Shown here: piece by piece, positions 1 to 13,539 of the stretch
Layout of the letters: the number at the start of each line of letters is the position of its first letter
Numbering within the stretch: position 1 is the first letter of the stretch
From: Eledone cirrhosa
Taxonomy: Eukaryota
NCBI GenBank assembly: GCA_964016885.1
Contig: OZ024750.1
Location: 2,914,001-2,978,000, forward strand
Length of the DNA stretch: 64,000 nt
Direction of reading: 5' to 3'
Translations under genes and position numbers: made by a program
Notes under the pieces: generated by a model
The model's database searches: none
Told to the model about the DNA's origin: nothing
What the model saw: the letters and a program-made list of their open reading frames with translations, nothing else

Positions 1-88
1 AACCGTCTGAAATCACTGGTTTCTATGATTTTACGCTTTTTATATTCACCTAAAAACCTTCCATCATAATTTCATGCAAGAAACTTTG

Positions 89-274
89 TTAACCCTTTAG
101 CATTTAAACTGGACGTAATAGGCCAGAATTCTCTCACCTCTTTCTGTTCAAACTAGCCGTAACTGGCCACTCATACTGACATTAAGGTATTGTTCTCAAA
201 ATAAATAATATCAAAATCTTATATATTCAATATCATGTGAGATAAGGCCTTTACTCTAAATGCTAAATGGTTAA
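89..274 (+). mobile_element. piggyBac-type MITE family A; other copies 2445-2670, about 3525-3737, 29830-30045, 33475-33919, 35195-35412, 39919-40133, 41333-41544, 49008-49236, 53829-54056
   Basis: TTAA target duplication and CCCTTTAGCATTTA / TAAATGCTAAAGGG terminal inverted repeats; shared ggccagaattctctcacctctttctgttcaaac core. Confidence 0.85.
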
Positions 275-424
275 CTTATATTTCAAACAACAACTGAATG
301 AGAAAAGTTAGTAAAACAGCCTGATACTGTCTCTAGTTTTACAATATAAACCTGTTTGTTTTAGAATGTTATTAATCTAAACTCCTACCACCTTAACTTT
401 ATAATAATAATAATGATAATAATG

Positions 425-655
425 AAATTATTGTGTACAGTGCTCAGGTGCACTACAACTTATCAAAGGTACATGTATAGTACATAAAATAAATAATGTA
501 CAAATGTCAGGAAAATGAACAGTGTACGAGTCATGATATACATGTGTGTGTGTGTATGGAGGGCAGACATCAGGTGTAGTGTTGGCGAATCTCAGGAAGC
601 ATGGAGGTTTTAAAGGAGGCAGTGTCTCGACAGCTAATAACTGATGCAGGAATAT
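425..655 (-). mobile_element. CR1/L2-like LINE 3' end
   Basis: PASVISCRDTASFKTSM resembles the LPxxVVxxxxxxxFK terminus; simple-repeat tail. Confidence 0.5.
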
Positions 656-1679
656 TCATTAAGTCATGTCCCAAACACCAACATAATGAGAAATATAGTA
701 ACGAAAGAGTTAAAATAAAATCAAGATAGAAAGAATAGCCCATGCTAGCATGGAAAATGGACGTGTGATGATGATGATGAAAGAATGTGATTATAGTTTG
801 TCAATGCAGTAAGAACTAATTCTGACATACCCTCCCTAAATATACCGAAATACCTAAACTATTAGGTCAAGTTTGATAGATGTATGAAATAATAACACTT
901 CACATAGTTTCACATATTTCATACAATATTCCACATTCAAAGTAATCTTTATTTAATTTTACAGCTCAAAATTCTACAGTTCAAAATTAGATTTTATCTG
1001 TTTATATGGTAAAGAATAGTAGTTATTCTTAGCTAAACTAATTTTATCTTGAAAATTAGGTATGTAAGGCTACTAACCACAAACACATTAGTTTAAACAC
1101 TAGTTCACCAATTGTGATATGACCCCAGACAAAGCTAATTTTTGTATTCTCTTTGGTAGGCCAAACTAAAATAGTTGCTATTTCAACTATATGGTTCAGT
1201 GATTAGAAGTAGGAATAGAATTTAGTTGTACCAATGTAAATATAAAAATATTAATATATCATCATCATCATTTTTTGATGTCCATTGTTCCATGATGACA
1301 TGGGTTAAATGAGTTGTCCCATTGAGACAAGCTAGATCAGATTATCATGTCTTAGTCATACAGAACTGATTCTGGCTTGGTTTCTATGGCTGGATACACT
1401 TTCTAATGCCAACCACATTTACAGAGAGGCCTGGGTGCTTTTTGTAGTGTCGCTACCATGGCCACTTTTTTTTTTTTGTGATTCCAAAATAACAACTTTA
1501 CTGTATAGACCGAGGGGCTGGGTGGGGGAGGTGCATCGAGGGTGGGGCACTTATTTGATGAAGGGTGGCAGTGTAGGGTGGGGTGTTAGGATGTGGGAGG
1601 TGAAGGTGCACACTAGATGTATGCTTCAACCTGTGCACATTATATATATATATGAGAGAGAGGGGGGAGGGATGGAGAG

Positions 1680-1735
<56 letters not shown>

Positions 1736-4700
1736 TTTGTCTAACAACACTAGTTTATAAGCAAGATGTTTGGTTGACTGTTTTGAAACAATGTGCTTTA
1801 ATTATTTCAAAAATTGCTTATTGCATTCAATGAATGCACTGAAGTTAATTAAGCAACATCGTTACCGTGTTGGTAGGCTGAAAAACATTTCTGAGACAGA
1901 AGCAAATGCTGCAAGCACTTATTTGTGGTGCTGGAATCACTCACTGCCGATACATGAAAGACAACTAATGAGAAGATATCTTTCACTTAATGATAGATCA
2001 ATGTCAACACTAACATTTCAATATAAAATTTAGCATGGAAAAAAAAGAAAAAAAAAAATTCCTTGACATAGATGGAAACCAGTTGAGAAATGTAGAATGA
2101 TCAGAGAGGAGATGATGGGTGTGGCAGAACAGTTTTAACTCTTTCAATACCAACTTGCATGTGGTTCCATGAACAAAAAAAAATATCCTTTTTTTTTTGC
2201 CCACTTATTCCTGAGAGGGCCGTGGGGGCAGAGTCCTCAAACTTTCCTTCCAGCAGGTCCTATCAGAAGTAACTGTCTTTAACTGATCCAACTGGATCCC
2301 TAAGTGAGACCAGCAAAGCTCATGGATATTATCCAACCATCTTGCTCAAGGGGTCTGCTCATTTAAAAAAAGTTTCTATATAAATTAAATTAAAATCTAA
2401 TATAATTTGATATAAGAACCTATTGTTATTTTACAAATATCATCTTAACCCTTTAGTATTTACATTACTCTATATATACTATTGTATTTTTATAGTAAAG
2501 GCTTTATCTCTCATAGTATATCACATAATATCGAATCTTAGATTTTGATATTATTTATTTTGAGAACTATACCTTAACATCTGTATGAGTGGCCAGTTAA
2601 AGCCAGTTTGAATAGAAAGAAGTGAGAGAATTCTGGCCAGATACGGCCAGTTTAAATGCTAAAGGGTTAATAATGAAATAATTAACAATCTTTCTAAATT
2701 CTACATGAATACAGGGTATTTGATTAGAAATATGGCAACAAAAGGGTTAATAACCAATATTGGAGAACTCTATCACTATAAAACAATATGCAGATGATGC
2801 AATAAAATTATGGCTAATATAAAGTGACAAATGGACTTCTGTTGAAACCATTATATATTTATTTCCTCCAGATATTCTAACATATCCCAGGCAGTGAAAT
2901 ATCAAATCTAAAAGGAAAATCTGAAATATATCTGAAATAAATTTAAATGGAAAAGAGAAAGTTCAATAACAAAGTTTGTTTATTTATTTTCATTATCTTC
3001 CTCGTTGGAAACAAATCTAATTACTTTTAGCTGTGATATTTTATAATAATATCAAATTCGTGCTCAGAAATTTAAAATTAGCACCTGCAATTTCAGAAAG
3101 TTGAAAAAAGTATCTATTAAATCTATTAAAGCCAAGAATCGTGTCAATGTTAATGCATGGCCTGAGGTAATGGTGGACATATTAGCTTATCAAATGTCAT
3201 AGTTTAATTAGCTTGAATTAATTTCAATTGAATTTTCTCAAAAATACACATTTATTGCTTTATAGGATACAGCAAAATTAGTGTTAAAAATGAATTATAG
3301 AAACAACATTTTCGAACGAATAAAGATCTTATGATTTAACAAAAATGTATTCCAAGTCATTAAGTGAAAAGTTTTAAAAAAGATATATATATACATATAT
3401 AAATTTTTCTAAAATAATTTTGGTCAAATGGAAATATTTGTTTTCCAAATTGAGTAATGAATAAAATAAAACTGACAGGTAAAAACCAATTAGTAATATA
3501 TAATAGAGAGAATAAAAAATTCCATTCTATATTTACTCTATATTTATTTTTGTATTTTCACAGTAAAGGATTTATCTTACATAATTATCTCACAATATCG
3601 AATCTACGAGATTTTGATATTTATTTTGAGAACAATAACTTAACATAAGTATGAGGGGGCCAGTTGGAGCCAGTTTGAACAGAAAGAGGTGAGAGAATTC
3701 TAGCCAGATATGGCCAGTTTAGATGCTAAAGGGTTAATGTAATCCTTTAAATAAACAAAGTTTCTGTTAATAAAATATTTGCTCCCTGCATAGCTGTTAT
3801 TCTGATTGTTTGGATACTTACTTTGGTCATTGAACCCGAGAATATAGCACGAGAACAGAATGAAGCATGCTTCAGATATTCCTACTACTAATTTTTCCTA
3901 TGAAGTTTAATCAATTTCTCACATAATATAATCAACCACAAAGGCTGTAATGTTTACCAGAAAATATGAAACTTCTTTTACAGAATATATAAAAATTTCT
4001 AATAAAATGATATTAAAAAAAAATGTCTTTCATGCTTAATAGTAATTATATCTGTTCACAAAAGATTTCATATTTCCTTATAATATTAAAAAAAAAGTGA
4101 AAATTAACATGCACTAAGGTGGAAGAATATCTGGCTCCAGGCGAGTGGAGAGCTCATTCTTATTTTAATGCATTCTTTCTCAAACTGACAGCTCCCTGAT
4201 TCACACTTTGATGGAGTTTTAACAATGCTTGAGTCCCTGTTCTGTTGAATTATTCGCCACAAGCGTGGTTCTAGGTAAAATGATGCCTGCCAGGGAAAAA
4301 ACGATCACACACACACAAATATACACAAACATACACACGCACAGAAAACTTCAAGCACACCCTGGTTATTTTCCTGCCTTTAAATTCTAACACGAGTTAT
4401 GATGTAATATTTCTGAAATGTATGGTTTTGAATGTTATGAATTCACCAGTACATACAAATTATGTAACTGAGTTGTGAGTGGAATACAAATAATGACATA
4501 AAACTGAATGATATAATATATATATATTGCAAAATAGATAATGAAATAATAAAAATAAAAGTTCTAGCAAAAGGGAGATATAAATTTAGGTGACAAGGTT
4601 GAATAGAGAAAATGGTTAATGGCAGAAATATTTTGATAATATTTTGTATGATATACATATGGAAATAATGTATAGACATAGAAATAAATAATAAGAACTT

Positions 4701-5130
4701 TGAAGTAGTATGATAGTATTGAAGAATTAGTTGAATAAATGTTAAGAATTAAGTAGTAAGAACATAAACAGCAGCTAAAACTAAGAATGTCTGAAGTAGT
4801 TGAATAGATAGTACAATAGAAACCTAACATTAAAATATTATGTTGAAGTATCTTACTTGATACTCTATATTATTATGCATATACGAGGGTGGACTGATAA
4901 GTTCACAGGCTGAGTATGAAGGAGCAATGTTAGAGCTGTGAAATCTTGCATGCATTAATTTCAACTCTTCTTATCAATAACTGCATTGTTATATATATGA
5001 AAAATTCAGGACCCCAATGGCAGAGCTCCTGCCGTTTCAACAGCTAGATCCGAAATATATATATATATGTTAGGTAATTCCAAAAGAAAAGCAAAGGAAA
5101 AAAAAGAGTGCTCTATGTATAGAACAGAGC

Positions 5131-5368
5131 TATTTAATTAGAAAGTGAACAACACAAACTATAACTACTCCATTACCAAAGGTTTCTGGATCACAGACAA
5201 TAATAATGAACGTCTGGATCAGTCGTCAGACAGAGATGTTATAGATAAAAGATATCTTTTATCTATAACATCTCTGTCTGACGACTGATCCAGGCATATT
5301 ATTATTGTCTGTGATCCAGAAACCTTTGGTAATGGAGTAGTTATAGTTTGTGTTGTTCACTTTCTAAT

Positions 5369-5374
<6 letters not shown>
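5131..5374. mobile_element. Spacerless palindromic element (about 122-bp arms) beside (TA)n
   Basis: arms are reverse complements around GATATC at 5251-5256; hammerhead motif in each arm. Confidence 0.8.
5272..5337 (+). ncRNA. Type-I hammerhead ribozyme motif (mirror copy on minus strand 5168-5235)
   Basis: ctctgt-CTGACGA-stem II-GAAA-CC ttt GG-TA-atggag; helix I and III pair; base of helix II is imperfect. Confidence 0.65.
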
Positions 5375-5414
<40 letters not shown>

Positions 5415-6532
5415 AGCACTATATATTGTGATAATTTCCAAGCATAATAAGTCTACAGACTAGTTTTAATTCTATGACTTGATCCTGTGAGTTTGGCTGC
5501 AGCCATGAGGCTCTGCTGGGCTGACTTGTCTTAAACACATTACATATACTTTTACATATTCCAGCTGACAGGCTGAGGTCATACTGGGGCACCACCATTG
5601 ACAAAATATACAAAATTATAAAACAATTCCTTTCAAAATTATCTCTAACAAACATTTTTTTTCTTTATTAAAGAATAATTTAAAGATATCTTGGGAAACT
5701 TGAAAGCATAATTAGTCGAATGAGGATAACGAAGAGAAAATATATAATTACACAATGAATCTAGTGTAATGGATGTTTTGAAAGCTATATTTCAACAGAA
5801 TAATGCTATCTATTAAAATATAGATAACATTGATATTAATAATAAATACAAATGTTTTATATAAATAAACTATTTACCAATATTAGGACATATCTTTTTA
5901 AAAGCAAAATCTATTTCTAAACAAGAGAAGAGCTCTTTTACTCTTTTACCTGTTCCAGCCATCCGCCTGAGGCCATGCTGGGGCACCGTACTTAGTTTTA
6001 TTTGAGAAAATCTATGACATCAATGACTTTACATTCATCTTTATTCATTTATTTTAAATTTACCAGACTTTAATAATTAGAGATTAAAAATAATAATAAT
6101 AAAAAACTTTCTCCCACTTGATAGCAGGTGCGGAGGAGGGCTTTTTATGATGGTCTTTGTAGCTTGGAGACCAGAGGGTCACTCCAGGTAGAGCTGCTAC
6201 TTCTCTGAATTGAGAGATCATAGCTCTGATATTATGGACTTCAGGAAAGAATCGCTGGATAGATTTTATGGGCAAAACCAACTGGCAGGAGACCCAGGGG
6301 TAGACTCCGAGTAAGATGGTTGGAGAACATCTATGAGCTTGACTGGTCTTGTTTGAGGATCCAGCTGGATCAGTTGGAGATGGTTGCTTCTGACAGGACC
6401 CACTGGAAGGAATGGTTGAAGACTCTGCTCCCATGACAAACAGGATTAAGTGGGAGAAGAAGATTTTCAGTTTGAAAAATACTATTATATCACTATATAG
6501 GCACAGACATGGTTGGAGTTTGTTTTACAACC

Positions 6533-7156
6533 ATGTGGTTCCAGAGTCTGTATCAATACATGACACACGTGATTCCAGAGTCTACTACTACATGACATGT
6601 GATTCCAGAGTCTACCCCTACATGACATGTGGTTCCAGAGTCTACTACTACATGACATGTGATTCCAGAGTCTACCACTACATGACACATGGTTCCAGAG
6701 TCTACCACTACATGACATGGTTCCAGAGTCTACCCCTACATGACATGTGATTCCAGAGTCTACCCCTACATGACATGTGATTCCAGAGTCTACCCCTACA
6801 TGACATGTGATTCCAGAGTCTACCCCTACATGACATGTGATTCCAGAGTCTACCACTACATGACATGTGATTCCAGAGTCTACCACTACATGACATGTGA
6901 TTCCAGAGTCTACCACTACATGGCATGTGATTCCAGAGTCTACCACTACATGACACATGGTTCCAGAGTCTACCACTACATTACACATGTGGTTCCAGAG
7001 TCTACCACTACATGACACATGGTTCCAGAGTCTACCACTACATGACACGTGATTCCGGAGTCTACCACTACATGACACATGGTTCCAGAGTCTACCACTA
7101 CATGACACATGTGGTTCCAGAGTCTACCACTACATGACACATGTGGTTCCAGAGTC
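6533..7156. repeat. About 30-bp minisatellite, about 20 units, inside a SINE
   Basis: (gattccagagtctaccactacatgacatgt)n. Confidence 0.95.
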
Positions 7157-10100
7157 AGTATCATGGCACTCTGGGTAAGTGTCTTTTATAACCTCAGGTT
7201 GACCAATGCCTTGTGAATGAAATTTGGACGGCAACTGTTTCATATGTTTAAAATCCTCAGGACATTCCTGATAATTTCAAATGAATGAAACAGTTCTAGT
7301 CCTGTAGAAGTTCTTTCTCTTTGAATTAAACAGTATCTGTGTATATACATATACACATATATATCATCATCATCATCGTTTAACGTCCATTTTCCACGCT
7401 AGCATGGGTTTGGACGGGAATTGTCCCACTTGAGGCAATATTGGTTGTCTTGCTCGTATAGGACTGTCTGGCGGGTTTTCTACAGCTGGATGCCCTTCCT
7501 AACACCAACCACGTTTACAGTGCGGACTGGGAGGTTTTTTACCATGTTACCTACACCTATATGTCTGTGTATATACATATACACCTATATATCTGTGTAT
7601 ATACATATACACATATATACAAATGTGTGTCTATATGTGTGTCTGTATCTGCGTACATACATATACATATGTGTGTGTCTATATCTGTATATATACATGT
7701 CTGTATCTGTATACATACATACATACACACATATATATATATATATATACGTGTGTGTCTATATATATACATACGTGTGTGTGTATATATACATACATGT
7801 GTATCCGTGCCTGTGTTTATATCTATATATGTCTGTGCTTATGTGTTGTAACTTAACAGTTTAACAAAGAAAGAGATCAATAAAATATGTGGCAGACTTG
7901 AAACAAATAAATAACGATATCAATACAATCAACTAAATCCCTTTAAGGCGGTGCCTGAGCATGCCTGCAGTCTAATGAATGACTGAAACCAGAAAAGGAA
8001 TAAAAGAACGAAAGAATAAATAATGAATTCTTACAAGACCAAACATTTGTAAAGTCAATTAAACTGAACAGAATACATGTCATTTATTTTATTGACCTGG
8101 GGAAGATGAAAACAAAATCGATTCTGGCAGGATCTGAACTAAAATAATTAAAGAGATGTAACTATATTGGGCAAGATATTTATTTTGGCAGTATCATTTC
8201 TGCCGACCACTGCTCTTCTAAATGAATAAATATTAGCACCATTGCTGTTAAAATGTTCTTTAGTTTGACAAGATGGCTTCAATGGATTTGTATATTCAAC
8301 AAAAGTGCAAAAAACAAACTAAGTCTTGATGAAATTTAACAGTCGTGATATTAGGAATATAACTAATTTTATAAAATAAAATAAAAATGTATGGAATGTG
8401 ACTATTTAATTAAAACTGTATAATTAAATGTTAAAGTAAGCACCAACCATCATCCGAATTTCATAGGAATATTAAGATCAATGCAAATATAAAAGTTACT
8501 TGAATTTATAAATCTTGTTGAAGTTTTTTTTTTTAGTTTTAGTTTATATTTTGTTACCAATAAAACATTTGTCAGTTGTTATAACTGACATACCTCATAT
8601 GAAGGATCTTGATATTTTCTGGTATTAAAAACAACAACAAACAAACTGAAAAAAGTTCATAAGTGGACTATGAAGAAGTGATGCTAGAGCTGTGAAATCT
8701 TACATGCATTAATTTCCATTCTTTTTATTAATAACTACATTGTTTCTTTCTAGGGACTATGTTAACAAAATAAACCTCATATGGTCATTCCATGAGAGTA
8801 TCTTGGTCAGTCTATGACGGTGCTTGGTTTAATTAAAATTCTTCTGAATAGATAGTTACAAGAAACAAGTTAGATTGGATATTTCTTGTTTGTAGCCATA
8901 ATACATGGATTTCTTTGTTGGTGTTGAGTTCCATTTAACAATAGAACAACAAAGGAGAAAACTAAGAGGGGAGTTGGTTTCTTTTAGCACAAGTAGTTCC
9001 ACTTGTTTTTTACTTGCATGTGTATGGCAATGTATATATGTGTAGTCTTTTATTCATAAGACTGTGGCCATGCATCGGCACTGTTTTGAAGGTATTTAGT
9101 TGATCACATTGAACCCATTACTTCATTGATCTCTTTTTGTCAAACTACTAAGTTATGGAACCTAAACACACACACACACACAATACAACAGGTTTCTACA
9201 TAGTTTCTGACTACCAAATTTCATGTTCAAAGTATTGGTCAATCCAAAGCTATAATAGTAGAAGACACATGCCTGATGTACCATGCAATGGGACTGAACC
9301 TGAGTGAGTTTAGTCAATTATCTAAAATAATTTGAATTATGAAATTAATTTTTTGAAACTCGCCAAACCATGAAAGATAATTAATATTCAATGATTTACA
9401 AATTAGTTAATTAGCTAACAAATTACCGGAATACACATTATAGGTGCGTGTTATATTAAAGAAATAATCTGACTTTATTGATAGTGTAAATAGAAGAGTT
9501 AATACAATAGTTTGAAATTGAATCAACAATTACTGAACAATGATGACATTTGCAATGATAAAGAGGAAGAAGAAGAAGAAGAAGAAGAAGAAGAAGAGCA
9601 ATATAAAATTGTTAGCTTGCTTTTACAGAGATTGAACACAACAGGTAATGAAATAACAACAAGGAAATGATATGTAAACAATACAACAGACAAAGTTTAA
9701 AGTAGACAGTGTAGTGAATTGGCTTTAATTAAGAAACACAGACAATAAAGGTAACGGTTGAAATAGCAACAGAAGAAAGAGTATTTCTGCAGCTGCAGGA
9801 ATATATCTACCAATAAATGCTCTATTGTAAACTAGCACATATTAACAAGTTGATGAAATGTATAGTGACTCATACAGGTTAGAAGCATGGTAGTTGGCGT
9901 AATTTTTTATTTATTATTTATTTATTTAAGGTTGTTAAACTATTTCAAGCCAGTTCTTATTTCAAGCAGACCTTTGATCAAATTAATACTCCCTCTTTTT
10001 AACACCATAGGCTGTGATTTAAGGTTGATTTGGCTGCTATTGTAAATAAGGTGATAACTACAAAAAGGATCTTTTGATTGTTTTGGTTTTTTAAAACATA

Positions 10101-12075
10101 AAACAGCTTTGTATCAGGTTAATACTTTCATTTAATTTAACCCTTTCCCAACCAATCTGTTCAAAACTGCTTCTATTAAAGTGTTCAAATTTAGATTCAA
10201 ATCTCACTATTATATGACAAATAATTAGATTTCTCTAGTTAAATATTTGTCTTTCATTATTAAGTTGAAACCAGTAATGCACTGGGTAATTGCTGGCCTT
10301 GTGTCAAAAGTAGAAACAATTATTAAGTTGAAAGTTATTTATTTCATTAAACTTCTCATAATTCTTGATTATTTTGAAAATTAAACTACAAAGCAATATA
10401 TTTATTTGATCTGAAAAGGGTTAATGAAAAAAACAACAAAAGCAGTCAAGTTATTTTCTAAAATCCTTTAGTTAGAGAGAAAAAACAGTTATAAAGCAAT
10501 AGCTGAGACTATATATGGTATGATGAACAGAAAAGGCAATGATTTCTGTTTAAAAAAAAGTAGTAAATCACATTACAAGACAAAATTACATAAAAAGAAA
10601 TTCTGATTCAGACAACAATATTGTGGATGAAATATGAGAAAAGTTTGACTTCAATATATTTTAACCGGGTGCGAGTGGTAGCTTTTTTTTAAAAACAAAC
10701 AAGTGGTTAAATAGTTACAGTGTTGACTCAGGTATTGTCTTACATTCTAAGCAATGCAGATTAGTTATTGCACTTAATCTTAAAATAATGCTATTTCATA
10801 GCTGAGTTGTTCGGTTTAGGAATTTTCTTCAGCTGTAAAAGACCCCCCCCCCCCCCCACACACACACACACACACACCCAACAAATGTATAAATGGAAAT
10901 CCTAACTTTTATGTTAAAAAAATGTCTTCAATAAATCTAACAAACAGTACAGAATAAAAATCACGACTGAATTTTATTTCATGTTTTTCTTTTGGTTGGA
11001 GAAAAAAATACAACAAATAATGGTACATTATTGTCGATAAAATAAAATACCAGTAATACACTGGGGGGTCGATTTGATCGACTTTCCCTGCCCCCAACAT
11101 TGTTGGCCTTGTGCTTAAATTAGAAACCATTATTTAACAAATAAGGTTAGCTTTGAAAAGATTTCAATTTGTTACACCAGACTAACATGTATATGATTTC
11201 AGTATAGTAATCTTATTTAATAACAAAACATAATGTAATTTATACCAACATAAAGAGTAGTCTCAAATATATAGAAATATATAAAAGTTTAAAGCTATTA
11301 GGTCTTCTAATAGAGAGATAATCTTCTATATAAGATTATCTCTTATATAGAATAACTTATTTAAAACTAATAACTTATTCCTCAAATAGAAAACACACAC
11401 ACACACACAAAAAGAACATTCTTAAATAACTAGTTAAAGAAACAAAACAATCTGTTTAAATAACCTTTTTCAACTTAAACACATATGAGTATTCTTCAAA
11501 ATGACTTTGAAATTCAAAACTAAACTACTACTTTAGCACGCACAATATCTTTTTCCTTTTCTTTCATGAAGTATGAGATTTATGATGGAAAGTATGAAGA
11601 TATCTTTCTTGAGAAATATCGATTCAAGCTCATCACTAATTCTTCATAGCATTAAAAAACATACCAAATTATAATAAATAATTCAAAATAACTTAGGAAG
11701 AATAGAGGGAAAAATCTTAAAATATAATATAAAAGACAGAAATTGAACAGAAATTTTTAAAAAAGTGTGGAAAATGTAAAAGAAAATATTATTTTAATAT
11801 TAGTCTAAAGTTTGTCAAAGTTGGATGAAATTAATATCAAATATTTATATGAAAAGTCATTTTGTTTCACAAGAGTATGAAAGCTGTTTCCTTTTGAGAG
11901 AACTGACAACACAAGCTACTAACAATACTAAGCAATTGCCGTGTGGTGGAAAATGTGCAACTAAAGAGATATAATAATGAAAAATAGTCGAGTAAAACGA
12001 AACAACACAAATTCAAGATATAACAAGATAATTTACAGAAAAAAATGTGTAAGAAAAGTTATATAAAATCTTAAG

Positions 12076-12117
<42 letters not shown>

Positions 12118-12467
12118 CAAGCACATTTTAGCCTTGAGCAGTAAAAAAGCTGAAAGCCTAAAAGTTTGTTGTATAATAGTAAATGACATTAGCGGAATAG
12201 AGAGCTTTATAAAAGCATTTCTATGAGTTAGTCAGTTTGATATATTGAATTAAAAGTCGTGTTAAGATATAACTGTGATAAAAAACAAATAAATATACAA
12301 ACAGCCAAGCCGACAATCAATATGGTATAATGTGTGCGCTTGTATGTAAGGGTGGAGGGCATGAGGGCAGGGTCTTTATGTTCACTACAAATATATGGCC
12401 AAGCATGTGTACATGCAAACATACTCTCACACATACTTTTAGATATACACACACACATGCATGCATC

Positions 12468-12505
<38 letters not shown>

Positions 12506-12649
12506 TATATACAGTTATGCACATACACACACACCACACAAATATATGCACACATAGACACACACATATATATATATATATATACATATGCTTACAAATA
12601 TGTACATATTCACACACACATGTATATATATATATATATATACTGACAT

Positions 12650-12990
12650 GGAGGCATATGGCTTAGTGGTTAGAGCATTGGCCTTGCAATCGAAAGGTTG
12701 TGAGTTCAATTCTCAGACCGGGTCATGTGTTGTTTCCTTGAGCAAGACACTTTATTTCACATTGCTCCAGTTTACTCAGCTGTAGAAATGAGATGATTGG
12801 GACTGGGGTCCCTATCATTCCACTGCAAAGTGGTCGTGGAGGTGCCACGGCAAAAAAGCACCCAGCACTCACTGTAAATGAGGTTGGTGTTAGGAAGAGC
12901 ATCCAGCTGTAGAAATCAAGCCAGAATCAGTTCCCGTCCCACCCTTGCAAGCAGGGAAAAGTGGACGTAAAAATGATGATGATGATGATG
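12650..12990 (+). mobile_element. tRNA-derived CORE-like SINE with RTE-type (GAT)n tail; close copy on minus strand about 59575-59910; related heads about 19150-19425, 27855-27998, 43160-43305, 57600-57740
   Basis: A box tggcttagtgg, B box gagttcaattc, ccttgagcaagacactt core, tail ggttggtgttaggaag...ggacgtaaaaatgatgatgat. Confidence 0.82.
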
Positions 12991-13159
12991 TGTGTACACA
13001 TATGTGTAGGTGCAAATTTAAAATGCTGATTGCTGGGAGTGGTTGTAACATTACTTTGTCGGTCAAATGCAAGAATCTTATATGCTACATGTTGGACATG
13101 GCACACAGGGTAAGAGTAAATAGAGACAGACATGTAGGATGACAACAACTTTTACCTAC

Positions 13160-13264
13160 CTGCCTGGCATATATGAGTGACTGGAGCCGTGCCCGCAGAT
13201 ACAGATATCTGTACAATAGGGGGTAGGATGGCCTCCCACTTCCATAGCGACCATTCCTCTTCAT
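13160..13264 (-). CDS. Candidate alternative first coding exon of a short dystrophin isoform
   Basis: GC-richer unique island; ATG...CAG|gtaggt, phase 0 matching the intron; MKRNGRYGSGRPSYPLLYRYLYLRARLQSLIYARQ. Confidence 0.45.
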
Positions 13265-13443
13265 CCCAGCCAGGCCGAGCACCTCTCATGATAGTCGTCG
13301 TCGTCAATGGGTTAGCCAACCTGATAGAACCATTCCTCACAACGACCAGATGATGATGATGACAATAAGGAGGTTAAAGTAGGTGGGAAGTCTTCTATAA
13401 CTGTTCTATGTATATAGATATATACATACATTTATATATACAC

Positions 13444-13539
<96 letters not shown>

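Noticed and set aside
1510-1605. G-quadruplex-like G-run cluster
   Set aside because: Low-complexity G-rich patch beside microsatellites; no evidence of function
6533-7156. CRISPR-like array of about 30-bp repeats
   Set aside because: Head-to-tail units with no unique spacers, eukaryotic intron, no cas genes
12650-12725. tRNA gene
   Set aside because: tRNA-like head continues into a multi-copy SINE body; no clean cloverleaf or terminator
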